Assembly: GCF_004010195.1 (NCBI RefSeq)
Contig: NC_057751.1
Location: 1,255,141-1,311,610, forward strand
DNA from: Chiloscyllium plagiosum
Taxonomy: Eukaryota
Direction of reading: 5' to 3'
Length of the DNA: 56,470 bases
Notes under the pieces: generated by a model
What the model saw: only the letters and a program-made list of their open reading frames with translations
Database searches by the model: none
Told to the model about the DNA's origin: nothing
Position numbers and translations under genes: made by a program
Shown: piece after piece, positions 36,388 through 47,400 of the stretch
Layout: each line of letters opens with the position of its first letter
Numbering within the stretch: the stretch's first letter is position 1

Positions 36388-36887
36388 GGTCGGCCCAGAA
36401 CCCCAGCGACATCGTTCCTGTTTCTGCCCCAGAGCTGACTGTTGGACCTTCTCTAGGAGACTGTGAGGGCAGACAGAGACAGCTTCACAGCCCATCTATA
36501 AGACTGCTCCTCTGACAGTCCGCCATCTCATTTCCAGTGTGTTTTCAGGAAGGCAGGACCGTTTGGAGAACAGGAGATCCATGCGATGCTCACTGACTCC
36601 CTGTGACCAGAGTGGTACACAAGCCAGCCGTGAGCTCTCAGTGCCCTCTCCCAGGGTGCAGGCGAAACTGGTGTGAGAGACTAAATGCTGCACAAGCCAT
36701 GATGCAGGCTAACATTCCCAGGGCAGTAGCAAGGGATATGTTATCATTCCCATGAGAACACAAACATCCCTGAGATGGATCTTCTCTCACACACTGCTAA
36801 CATCTGGGCGGACTGCAGCAAGTCTGTACTGTCACCAGTGTCCTTCAAACTGGAGACCAAAACAAGGATTCAGAAAACTGGACAGGA

Positions 36888-37215
36888 GGGTGGCACGGTG
36901 GCTCAGTGGTTAGCACTGCTGCCTCACAGCGCTAGGGACCCAGGTTCAATTCCAGCCTCGGGCGATTGTCTGTGTGGAGTTTGCACATTCTCCCTGTGTC
37001 TGCGTGGGTATCCTCCGGGTGCTCCGGTTTCCTCCCACAGTCCAAAGATGTGAGGGTCAGGTGAATTGGCCATGCTAAATTGCCCATACTGTTAGGTGCA
37101 TTAGTCAGATGGAAATGGGTCTGGGTGGGTTACTCTTCGGAGGGTCGGTGTGGACTGGTTGGGCCGAAGGGCTTGTTTCTACGCTGTAGGGAACCTAATC
37201 TAAAAAATCTAATCA
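36888..37215 (+). mobile_element. Full-length HE1-like tRNA-derived SINE
   Basis: Has A box tggctcagtggt and B box ggttcaattcc, a CR1-like 3' end gggccgaagggcttgtttc and a ctaat tail. Confidence 0.92.
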
Positions 37216-37430
37216 GAAACCCTGGAGACATGGATGTGTAGTCTGGTACACTGACCACACATCACAAACTACAGAGTCGACAAAGTATCACAGACCGAGG
37301 ACAATGCAGATGCTTTGAATAGAGATGGAATATGAAGACCAAACAGACAAACCCAATGGACAGTGAGCAAAGACATTCAGAGAAGCTAGAGTGAAGGTCG
37401 AAGTGTCTCAGACTGGGACAAGGTAATGCA

Positions 37431-37557
37431 CTGATGAAGGGCTTTTGCTCGAAACATCTAATTTCCTGCCCCTGGGATGCTGCCTGACCTGCTGTGCTTT
37501 TCCAGCACCACTCTGATGTAATCTCTGGTTTCCAGCATCTGCAGTCCTCACTTTTGC
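37431..37557 (+). mobile_element. Short solo Penelope pLTR fragment beginning at the hammerhead core
   Basis: CTGATGA-A-GGGC-TTTT-GCTC-GAAA-CATC...ccagcatctgcagtcctcactttt. It is flanked by caaggtaatgca (37419-37430) and caagttaatgca (37558-37569). Confidence 0.8.
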
Positions 37558-37599
37558 CAAGTTAATGCATTTGCCGGTTTACACCAAATGATCATGTAA

Positions 37600-37935
37600 A
37601 AGCTTGGTGCTCAGGTTAGGACAGTACAGAGTATGGGACAAGTCATTTCACAAAGATGACAATGTATTAACTAAACGGAAACTCAAGGGTTTAACGAGGA
37701 AAAACTCAGGACATGCTTCATTCTGTTCACTTTCCTGTCAGCCTCAGAAACAAAAACCATTTCTAAAGAGCTTTCCAAGAAATTAGAAGCTTTTGAAACG
37801 TGGATGTCAGAGACATGTTTAAAATTCCACAGGCACAGCACAAGGTAAATGAAGAGGTGCTCAAAATTGCAAAAGCAAAAGGTAGCTGGTGAAAATGACA
37901 TCCCGAAAAGACAACATGAGATGGAACATGGCTGT
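37600..37935 (+). mobile_element. Ancient RTE-clade LINE fragment (C-terminal RT region)
   Basis: About 37741-37865 translates ASETKTISKELSKKLEAFETWM...KIP...KVNEEVLK. This resembles the RTE consensus YGSETWT...KLEAFEMWCYRRML.I.W...TNEEVL. Confidence 0.65.
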
Positions 37936-37974
37936 GTGTACTCCTGAACGCCAGCCACACTGTCAGAGGGAGGT

Positions 37975-38455
37975 GATGACACTGGAGAGGGTGCAGAGGA
38001 GATTCACCAGGAGGTGGCCTGGGATGGCAAAGTATTAGTTCTGAAAACAGACAGAATGGGTGGCATTGGTTTTCCTTGGAGCAGAGGAGGCCGAAGTGGG
38101 ACCTCGTTGAGGTTTACAAAATTATGAGGGGCATCAATAAGGTGGATCAGGAGAATCATTTCCCTGTGGCCAACATATCTAAGACCAGAGAGCATCAGTT
38201 CAAGATGGGGACTAAGTGTTTTAGAAGGGATCGGAGGAAAAGTTTTTTTCTCACCTAGACAGGGTGGACATCAGGAATGTGCTGCCTATGGAGATGGTGG
38301 AGACCCCCTCAAGACATTTAAGAAGCAGCTGCAAGAGCATTTAAAATGTCAGGGCATATTCAGCTATGGATCAAGTGCAGCTAAGTGGGATTAGTGTAAT
38401 TTGATACGTGTTACTCAATGTAGACATAGTGGGCCAAAGGGCCTGTTTCTATGAT
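37975..38455 (+). mobile_element. CR1 LINE 3' fragment
   Basis: Encodes DLVEVYKIMRGINKVD, with tail gggccaaagggcctgtttctatg. Confidence 0.82.
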
Positions 38456-38787
38456 GGAACTCGACAAACGTAGCTGTTTAATCAAAGCTGATGAGGCAAA
38501 ACTCCAGGCAGAAGAAAAAGGGAGGATTCAGCTGGGGGATGTATGTCACCCAGAGGTTGCAGAAGAGAGACAGTCACTGAGAGACGATGGGGAGAGACAG
38601 TGACAGGAGGCCACAGGGCAGGAACAATGACAAACAGCCATCGTCTGTAAGTGGCCTGCAATAGTTCCGACATCTGAGTCATAAAGCACGGAAATACAGC
38701 CTTCAGTCCAACTCATCCACGCTGACCAGATATCCCGACTTCATCCAATCCCATTTGACAGCACCCGGCCCATATCCCTCCAAACCC

Positions 38788-39535
38788 TGTGTGTGGGGTG
38801 TGAGAGTGTGTGTGGGGTGTGAGAGTGTGTGTGGGGTGTGTGTGGACAGTGNNNNNNNNNNNNNNNNNNNNNNNNNNNNNNNNNNNNNNNNNNNNNNNNN
38901 NNNNNNNNNNNNNNNNNNNNNNNNNNNNNNNNNNNNNNNNNNNNNNNNNNNNNNNNNNNNNNNNNNNNNNNNNNNNNNNNNNNNNNNNNNNNNNNNNNNN
39001 NNNNNNNNNNNNNNNNNNNNNNNNNNNNNNNNNNNNNNNNNNNNNNNNNNNNNNNNNNNNNNNNNNNNNNNNNNNNNNNNNNNNNNNNNNNNNNNNNNNN
39101 NNNNNNNNNNNNNNNNNNNNNNNNNNNNNNNNNNNNNNNNNNNNNNNNNNNNNNNNNNNNNNNNNNNNNNNNNNNNNNNNNNNNNNNNNNNNNNNNNNNN
39201 NNNNNNNNNNNNNNNNNNNNNNNNNNNNNNNNNNNNNNNNNNNNNNNNNNNNNNNNNNNNNNNNNNNNNNNNNNNNNNNNNNNNNNNNNNNNNNNNNNNN
39301 NNNNNNNNNNNNNNNNNNNNNNNNNNNNNNNNNNNNNNNNNNNNNNNNNNNNNNNNNNNNNNNNNNNNNNNNNNNNNNNNNNNNNNNNNNNNNNNNNNNN
39401 NNNNNNNNNNNNNNNNNNNNNNNNNNNNNNNNAATGAGAGTGAGAATGAGAGTGAGAGTGAGTGTGATTGTGAGTGTGATTGTGAGTGTGTGTGAGTGCG
39501 TAAGTGCGTGAGTGCGAGTGTGTGTGTGTGTGTGG
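38788..39535. repeat. GT/GA-rich microsatellite tract spanning a 581-N gap
   Basis: gtgtgtggggtgtgaga units lie left of the gap and gagtgtga/gtgt units right of it. Confidence 0.85.
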
Positions 39536-40424
39536 TCAAAGTTGACAAAAACTGTTTGTAACTCCTGAAGGCAGAATCCAGTTCCAATTGTGGTCTGCCT
39601 GTGCGGGAGCCTGCCTTTTTTAGATATATTTTTCACTGAGGCATTCACAGAGCCTGCATGACACAGACAGTACAAGGAGATCTTTCCCAAGGTTAGCAAC
39701 ACATTCTGCAGCCTCTCCAGGAGGTTTGCCAACTTCCACTGGGACTGATTGCCAAAGCCTGCATCCCTTGAGCGCCTGCTGTTGGCTGACACACCCACAG
39801 GTCAGGCGTTGGGGACCTGACACACTGAACAGTCTTCACCCTGTCTGGAGTCTAACTGGCTCCTAGGCACACTGCCTGCCTCCCCAGACACTTACAAGTA
39901 AATCCAACCAACCTTCAAGAAACCTTGCCCACTGAATGCACTGGACTTGTTGAGGGAGCAGAAATGCTTGGCGACAATACACTGAATGGGTTCTGAAGGC
40001 TCAGGAAAAATGAGCAGGCAGTCCACACTGTCTGCAGCCCTTGCCCAAGCCCAGCAGCGTATTTTGCTGCCCTGCAGGCTTCCCCTCATCTGTGGGAAAT
40101 TCTCACTCTGTACCCACACACCGATCCCTACGGCAACGTGGTAAAGCATTCCTGTGGCTGTGCAAGCGGTTTGCATGTTGAGATCAGAGAGGGAAGATGA
40201 CAGGGCTGATTGAAATGGGAGCCCACAGCAGAAGCATACATTATAACTTTAATGAAAGGGGGGGAGAGAGACACACACAGACACACAGACAGACAGACAG
40301 ACACTAGCAGGGAGCCTGACAACACAGTCTGCTCACTGCGTACTGCCGTCGGTCTCTTCCTCATGGAGGTCAAGTCTTCCCTTGTTCTTGCTGCTTGAGG
40401 CTGACCACAAATGCTTCAGGCCAG

Positions 40425-41159
40425 AGGACACAAAGAGGCCATTCAGCCCATCAGGTTTTCTCCACCATACATTTCTCAATCCCGTTCTCCTGAGAACCCT
40501 TGATCCCATTACCAATCAAGACCCTATCTATCTCTGTCCTAAATAGACTTCATGACTTGGTCTCCACAGCCCTCTGTGGCAGTCAGTTCCACAGAGTCAC
40601 CACCCTCTGGATGAAGAAATGCCTCCTCATCTCAGTTCGAAAGGGGTGCCCCTTCACTCGGAGGCTGTGCCCTTGGGTCCTACTATTGCAAACATCTTCA
40701 CCACATCCACTCTATCCAGGCCTCTTAGCATTCTCTACGTGTCAATGAAATCCTTCCTCATCCCACTTACCTCCATCGAGTACAAACCCAGAGTCCTCAA
40801 CCATTTCTCAGGTAACAAGCCCTTCATCCCCAGGACCATTCTTGGAAAATCCTCTGGACCCCCTCCAACACCAGCACATCGCTCCTGAGATATGGGACCC
40901 GGAAGTGTGCTCACAATGTTCCAAACGCAGTCTCCCCCAGAGCCTTATCCAGCCGCAGCAGTACATCCCTGCCCTTGTTTTCTAGCCCTCTTGAAATAAA
41001 TGCTAACACTGCATTTGCCTTCCTATCTCAACCTGCATGTTACCCTCAACAGAATCTTGAACGAGAACTCCCAAGTCCCTTTGCACTTCAGATTTCTGAA
41101 GCCTTTCCCTGTTTCGAAAATAGTTTATGTCTCTATCCTTCCCAGCAAAGTACATAACC
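40425..41159 (-). mobile_element. CR1 LINE 3' RT fragment, truncated by the 500-N gap
   Basis: The - strand encodes ...LQKSEVQRDLGVLV, with the 3' tail gaggccattcagcccatc near 40435. Confidence 0.82.
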
Positions 41160-41659
41160 NNNNNNNNNNNNNNNNNNNNNNNNNNNNNNNNNNNNNNNNN
41201 NNNNNNNNNNNNNNNNNNNNNNNNNNNNNNNNNNNNNNNNNNNNNNNNNNNNNNNNNNNNNNNNNNNNNNNNNNNNNNNNNNNNNNNNNNNNNNNNNNNN
41301 NNNNNNNNNNNNNNNNNNNNNNNNNNNNNNNNNNNNNNNNNNNNNNNNNNNNNNNNNNNNNNNNNNNNNNNNNNNNNNNNNNNNNNNNNNNNNNNNNNNN
41401 NNNNNNNNNNNNNNNNNNNNNNNNNNNNNNNNNNNNNNNNNNNNNNNNNNNNNNNNNNNNNNNNNNNNNNNNNNNNNNNNNNNNNNNNNNNNNNNNNNNN
41501 NNNNNNNNNNNNNNNNNNNNNNNNNNNNNNNNNNNNNNNNNNNNNNNNNNNNNNNNNNNNNNNNNNNNNNNNNNNNNNNNNNNNNNNNNNNNNNNNNNNN
41601 NNNNNNNNNNNNNNNNNNNNNNNNNNNNNNNNNNNNNNNNNNNNNNNNNNNNNNNNNNN

Positions 41660-43135
41660 AGGGGATCCCAGAGGAGATGGGATCCTGCCGAGGGGATCCC
41701 AGAGGAGACGGGATCCTGCCGAGGGGATCCCAGAGGAAATGGGATCCTGCCGAGTGGATCCCAGAGGAGACTGGATCTCAGAGGAGACGGGATCCTGCCG
41801 AGTGGATCCCAGAGGAGACGGGATCCCAGAGGAGACGGGATCCTTTCGAGTGGATCCCAGAGGAGACGGGATCCCAGAGGAGACGGGATCCTGCCGAGTG
41901 GATCCCGGAGCANNNNNNNNNNNNNNNNNNNNNNNNNNNNNNNNNNNNNNNNNNNNNNNNNNNNNNNNNNNNNNNNNNNNNNNNNNNNNNNNNNNNNNNN
42001 NNNNNNNNNNNNNNNNNNNNNNNNNNNNNNNNNNNNNNNNNNNNNNNNNNNNNNNNNNNNNNNNNNNNNNNNNNNNNNNNNNNNNNNNNNNNNNNNNNNN
42101 NNNNNNNNNNNNNNNNNNNNNNNNNNNNNNNNNNNNNNNNNNNNNNNNNNNNNNNNNNNNNNNNNNNNNNNNNNNNNNNNNNNNNNNNNNNNNNNNNNNN
42201 NNNNNNNNNNNNNNNNNNNNNNNNNNNNNNNNNNNNNNNNNNNNNNNNNNNNNNNNNNNNNNNNNNNNNNNNNNNNNNNNNNNNNNNNNNNNNNNNNNNN
42301 NNNNNNNNNNNNNNNNNNNNNNNNNNNNNNNNNNNNNNNNNNNNNNNNNNNNNNNNNNNNNNNNNNNNNNNNNNNNNNNNNNNNNNNNNNNNNNNNNNNN
42401 NNNNNNNNNNNNNNNNNNNNNNNNNNNNNNNNNNNNNNNNNNNNNNNNNNNNNNNNNNNNNNNNNNNNNNNNNNNNNNNNNNNNNNNNNNNNNNNNNNNN
42501 NNNNNNNNNNNNNNNNNNNNNNNNNNNNNNNNNNNNNNNNNNNNNNNNNNNNNNNNNNNNNNNNNNNNNNNNNNNNNNNNNNNNNNNNNNNNNNNNNNNN
42601 NNNNNNNNNNNNNNNNNNNNNNNNNNNNNNNNNNNNNNNNNNNNNNNNATCCACGAACACCAACTAGCCATGAAACAACACGACCAGCTATCCTTAGTAG
42701 CCACACACACAGACGACAAGCAACATGAATTCAACTGGGACAACACTACTATTATAGGACAAGCCAAACAGAGAACAGCCAGGGAATTCCTAGAGGCATG
42801 GCACTCATCCACAGATTCAATCAATAAGCACATCGACCTGGACCCAATATACCGACCACTACAGCGGACAGCTGGAACTGACAACCGGAAGCGGCAGGGA
42901 CAGACCACTATAAGCACCGGAGGAAACATCACAGAAGCGCTTCACAGGAGGCTCCCAAGCACTGAGGATGTCACTTAGACAGGGGACAAAACGTTTGCAA
43001 CAAAAACTTACAGCTCGGCGAACACAACCACAACAGATGGGATCCTGCCGCGTGGATCCCAGAGGAGTCTGGATCCTGCCGTGTGGATCCCAGAGGAGAC
43101 AGGATCCTGCCGTGTGGATCCCAGAGGAGTCTGTT
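41660..43135. repeat. ~31-bp GGATCC-rich minisatellite (gggatcccagaggagacgggatcctgccgag) interrupted by a gap and a Penelope fragment
   Basis: Units at 41660-41912 resume at 43037-43135. Confidence 0.88.
42649..43036 (+). mobile_element. Penelope-like element 3' end: C-terminal GIY-YIG endonuclease region plus hammerhead-like motif
   Basis: Encodes IHEHQLAMKQHDQLSLVATHTDDKQHEFNWDNTTIIGQAKQRTAREFLEAWHS...INKHIDLDPIY (EH...S.VA.H...H.F.W...R.FLEA pattern). Then agca-CTGAGGA-T-GTCAC...GGGAC-aAAA-CGTT-tgc at 42958-42998. Confidence 0.85.
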
Positions 43136-44070
43136 GCACCATTTGACAGAGTCCCTGGTTGCCGGCTCTCCCTAACTAAGCTGCAGGATGGAGCTGGGCT
43201 GTTTGCTTGTTGTCCAGGCCTGGCGTTTCAGTGCCTTCAGTATGTTTCCCTTGAGGGGGCTGTGAGTGAGGGAACCTCCTCAGTGCAGTGTGTACCTGTA
43301 CTGGGAGGAGCTGCCCAGCTCCGGGCACGAGGGTTCGAGGGAGACACATACTGAGGCCAGCAGCAGCTGGGGCAGCCGGTTCAGCAATTGGAGGGAAGCC
43401 AGTCTCCCAGAGCAGGCAGTGGTCCTCAGTGTCGGCCCTCAGTGTTGCAGCCCAGCCCAGGGACTGTGTGCTGACAGACACACTGATGCTTGGGGCAGGC
43501 TGTAGCTGCTGCTGCTGTCCGGGGTCAGAGCACAGTGACTGTGGGCTGTGGGCCTTCTACACTGTGGGTTGGTGAAATCCCGAATCCCACAAACCCATTG
43601 GGGCACATCCAGATGAGGCGTGCTGTGTCCCCAAGGTTAGATCAATAGCACCTTCTTTAATGAGTGAATGTGAAATGTTTCTCCCCTCTGTATGGTGTGT
43701 ACCTGGGACAGGATGGATTTCACAACAACAAAGACTGTTACCATCGTAGTGAGTGGAATAAGCTGGCTGGTAACAAGTTAAACTTTATTCCAAACTCTGG
43801 TACTCAGGAGGACATGTTCAGCAATGTGATTTTGGATGAATTTTCTGAACAAAGTCTAGTTTGGAGAGAAATGAAGTCTGGGAGGGCAGTGACAGCATCT
43901 TCAGGAATAATCCCTGAAAGGGGATCACAGACACACTTCCAGCAGAGAGGAATTATTGGGTTGTGGGGCAAGGCTGAGAACACAGGAGGTTTGAAAGGGT
44001 GGGACAGTGGGAAAGTGATAACCTCTGCTTGCTGATGAACTGATGTTACTGAATTCTCTCCTGGATCTAG

Positions 44071-44284
44071 ATGGGCCACTGGAGCTGCCAATCCTGCAGT
44101 TGATTCCATCCCTTCGGCAGGTAGTTTTCCAAGGGGATCGGCTGCCGTTCCTGTGCACCGCGACCTATTTGGACAACAGCACCAGGGTGTTGTGGTACCA
44201 TAACAACATGTTGGTACAGCCACAGGAGGATGGAGCTGCGATCACTGTCGAGAGCTTGATTCACGACTGCTCTCTGATATCCAG
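44071..44284 (+). CDS. ADGRA2: ADGRA2 Ig-like domain exon (putative exon 7)
   Basis: ctggatctag|AT GGG CCA CTG...ATA TCC AG|gtattc, 214 bp. It encodes GPLELPILQLIPSLRQVVFQGDRLPFLCTATYLDNSTRVLWYHNN...ESLIHDCSLIS. LIPSLRQVVFQGDRLPF is diagnostic of GPR124 rather than GPR125. Confidence 0.95.
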
Positions 44285-44984
44285 GTATTCTGAACACACT
44301 CACAGTCTACCAACTCCTGAAGAACAGCCCCAGGGAATCCCAGCAATGACCACTTCACAAACACAGCAGCTTCCTGTGCTTACTTTCCCCCACTGTCAAG
44401 CAGTCTTTCTCACCAGGAGCGACACGTTAGTTGAAGTTAAATTGTAATTTGGTATTTAGTGTATAAGGAACAGGGAAATGGCTCACTTCCATTTTAGATT
44501 TGTAATTGGAAGTGGTGTCGGGGTGTCTGAAGCTTTGCTTGAGTGCATGCACTTTTAATAAGGTGTTTACAATCCTTATCGCATCAGATCAGGGCTCCTG
44601 GTTTAGTGCACTGAAAAGCAACAATTCCAAAATTCCACACATGCTCTGTCTCTCTCTCGCTCACACACACACACTCTTGCACACGCACACAGGCACACAC
44701 ATATACACACAAACGTGGACACAGACACGTACAGACACCAACATAGACACCCCCCACCATGGACATGCACAGACACATACAGACACAGAAGCAATGTGTG
44801 CTCGAGGTTAGAGGCATCTGAATTCCCAAAGGGCAGGGATTTGTTTGGAAGGTCGGAGTAACAGTTTGGTGAATGTGCATGGAGTGGCCCAGGGAGAGAG
44901 AACAGCTAAAGGGAAAGAGCTTTCAGTGACTGCACAAACATTCACCCGAAGGAAACTGATTGTAGCTGTTCTGGCCCGAGGTAG

Positions 44985-45445
44985 AGTCATACATAGAACA
45001 TACAGCACAATACAGGCCCTTCGGCCCGCGATGTTGTGGTGACCTTCTATCCCACTCGAAGACTAACCTACATACCCTTCATTTTCCAATCATCCATGTC
45101 CCACCACAGCTGGCAGTGCATTCCACACACCCACCACTCTCTGTGTAAAGAACCTCCCTCTAACATTTCCCCTAAACCTTCCTCCAATCACCTTCAAATG
45201 ATGCCCCCTCGTGATTGCCATTTCTGCCCTGGGAAAATGTCTCTGACTATTCACACAATCTATGCCCTCATCACCTTGTAACACCTCTGTCAAGTTACCT
45301 CTCATCCATCGTCACTTCAATGAGAAAAGCCTGAGCTCCCTCAACCTCTCTTCATAAGACATGCAGCATCCTGGTAAATCTCCTCTGCACCCGCTCTAAA
45401 GCTTCCACATCCTTCCTATAATGAGGTAACCAGGACTGGAACAAC
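44985..45445 (-). mobile_element. CR1 LINE 3' fragment (intronic, antisense)
   Basis: The - strand encodes GRFFTQRVVGVWNALP; the tail acaggcccttcggccc is at about 45012. Confidence 0.85.
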
Positions 45446-45739
45446 ACACCATACACCTTTGTAACAACCCTATCACCTTGGGATAAAGGATTCACTGATG
45501 GTGGAGCAGTGGTCAGAATATTGTTGGGTTCAGAGGGCTAGTCCCGAATGGAATCTTTTTCTCATGCCTGTCATGAAATCTTTCGAAGCTTCCTTTTCCC
45601 CAATCTTGGACACTTGATCTTTTCTTTTCTTGTTCATAAACTTGTCGACTCCTGGGAGCGTGAGTGAGTGAGAATCAATCTGAGCTAGGACTGGAACTCT
45701 GTGTCGACCCGACATTGTCATCGTTTCCAATTGCACACT

Positions 45740-46340
45740 CACAGAGTCAGAGAGATGTACAGCATGGAAACAGACCCTTCGGCCCAAGCTGTGCATATTG
45801 ACCAGACCAATCTAGTCCCACCTGCCAGCACCCGGCCTATATCCCTCCAAACCCTTCCTATTCATATACCCATCCAAATGCCTTTTAAATGTTGTAATTG
45901 TACCAGCCTCCGCCACTTCCTCTGGCAGCTCATTCCATACACATACCACACTCTGTGTGAAAAAGTAGCCCTTTAGGTCCCTTTTATATCTTTCCCCTGT
46001 CACCCTAACCCTATGCCCTCTAGATCTGGACTCCCCGACCCCAGGGAAAAGACTTTGTCCATTTACCCTACCCATGCCCCTCATAATTTTGTAAACCTCT
46101 ATCAGGTCACCCCTCAGCCTCCGCTCCAGGGAAAACAGCCCCAGCCTGTTCAGCCTCTCCCTATAACTCAAATCCTCCAACTCTGGCCAACATCCTTGTA
46201 AATCTTTTCTGAACCCTTTGAAGTTTCACAACATCTTTCCAATAGGAAGGAGACCAGAATTGCACACAATATTCCAACAGTGGCCTAACCAATGTCCTGT
46301 ACAGCCGCAACATGACCTCCCAACTCCTGTACTCAATGTA
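45740..46340 (-). mobile_element. CR1 LINE 3' fragment (intronic, antisense)
   Basis: The - strand encodes LSYRERLNRLGLFSLERRLRGDLIEVYKIMRG. Confidence 0.88.
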
Positions 46341-46435
46341 CTGAAGTGAGACTGACTGAAAGGCATCTTCCTTCCTTTTGAATTGCAGTCAGTTGATGCA
46401 AGGGTTAAAGTGATCTTCATGCTTGTGTCTTGCAG

Positions 46436-46600
46436 TGAACTAATCCTTTCAAACATTTACCTGCTTGCCAGTGGGGAATGGGAGTGTGTCATCACAACAT
46501 CACGTGGCAAAGTATCCAGGAAAGTGGACATTGTGGTGATCGACACATCTGCAACGTACTGCCAGGCTGAACAGGTCACAAACAACAGGGGAGAGTTCAG
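46436..46600 (+). CDS. ADGRA2: ADGRA2 exon, end of Ig domain and start of hormone-binding region (putative exon 8)
   Basis: gtcttgcag|T GAA CTA ATC...GAG TTC AG|gtcagt, 165 bp. It encodes [55 protein letters not shown]. Confidence 0.95.
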
Positions 46601-46604
46601 GTCA

Positions 46605-46702
46605 GTGTGACGTGTGTGTGTGACGTGTGTGTGTGAGTGTGTGTGTGTGTGTGACGTGTGTGTGTGTGACGTGTGTGTGTGAGACGTGTGTGTGTGTGTG
46701 TC
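46605..46702. repeat. (GT)n microsatellite punctuated by gac, directly after a splice donor
   Basis: gtgacgtgtgtgtgtgacgt... is seen directly. Confidence 0.9.
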
Positions 46703-47059
46703 AACGGGAGGGAGTGGGCAGTGTCAGACAGAAACAGAATCACCTGGAGAGACTCTGGCAGCCTCTGTGCAGAGAGAGAGAGAGAAAACAGAGTCACTGT
46801 TTCAGTCCAGCGACCTTTCACCCGAATGAGCAGCATTGTCAGACTGAGCTGGACTGACATGGGGCAGTTTCAGTGAACTTTCCCATGGCCATCACTGAGG
46901 CCCTGTCTCCTTCCTTCCACAAGGTGGATGTCTGTCTGCCCTCAGCTTGAACTAGGGGCTGTCTTCACTATGTTCAGCTGTACCTCCCAAGAAACAATTC
47001 CCACCTCCAGCAGGGACAGCTGTATCCTCAGAAACATCAGCAGGGAGCAGGGAGAAGGG

Positions 47060-47400
47060 AAGTCAGAGTTATAGAGCCTGGAAACAGACCCTTCAGTCCA
47101 ACTTGTCCATGCCGGCCAGATATCTGAAACTGATCGAGTCCCATTTGCCAGTATTTGGCAGATATCCCTCCAACCCATTCCTATTCATGTCCCCATCCAA
47201 CTGTCTTTTACATGTTGTAATTGTACCCACTTCTAACACCTTGTTCCACACATGCACTACCCTCTGCATTAAAATGTTGCCCCTCAGATCCCTTTTAACT
47301 CTTTCCCTTCTCACCTTTGAGTTATGTTCTCTAGTTTCGGACTCCCTTACCCTGGGAAAATGACCTTGGCTGTTTATCCTATCCGTGCCCCTCATGATTT
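47060..47400 (-). mobile_element. CR1 LINE 3' end (intronic, antisense)
   Basis: The - strand encodes MRGTDRINSQGHFPRVRES...QRVVHVWN; the tail ggaaacagacccttcagtccaac is present. Confidence 0.85.

Noticed and set aside
36895..36960. tRNA gene (A and B boxes present; also about 20120-20180 on -)
   Set aside because: It is the tRNA-derived head of a SINE: it continues into the SINE body and LINE-like tail, with no complete cloverleaf.
39892..40515. - strand ORF ends followed by donor-like gtaag/gtgag (near 39895 and 40336)
   Set aside because: The peptides resemble nothing I recognise and there are no convincing acceptors; chance donor motifs are common.
11133..41159. Search for ADGRA2 exons 1-2 (signal peptide, LRRNT, first LRR)
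   Set aside because: I found no 72-bp phase 2-2 exon with an LSNNKI...NGSF-like motif by eye. Near-misses at about 5860 (LASNKIS), 12219 and 23870 lack proper splice sites or LRR spacing. These exons probably lie outside the window or in a gap.
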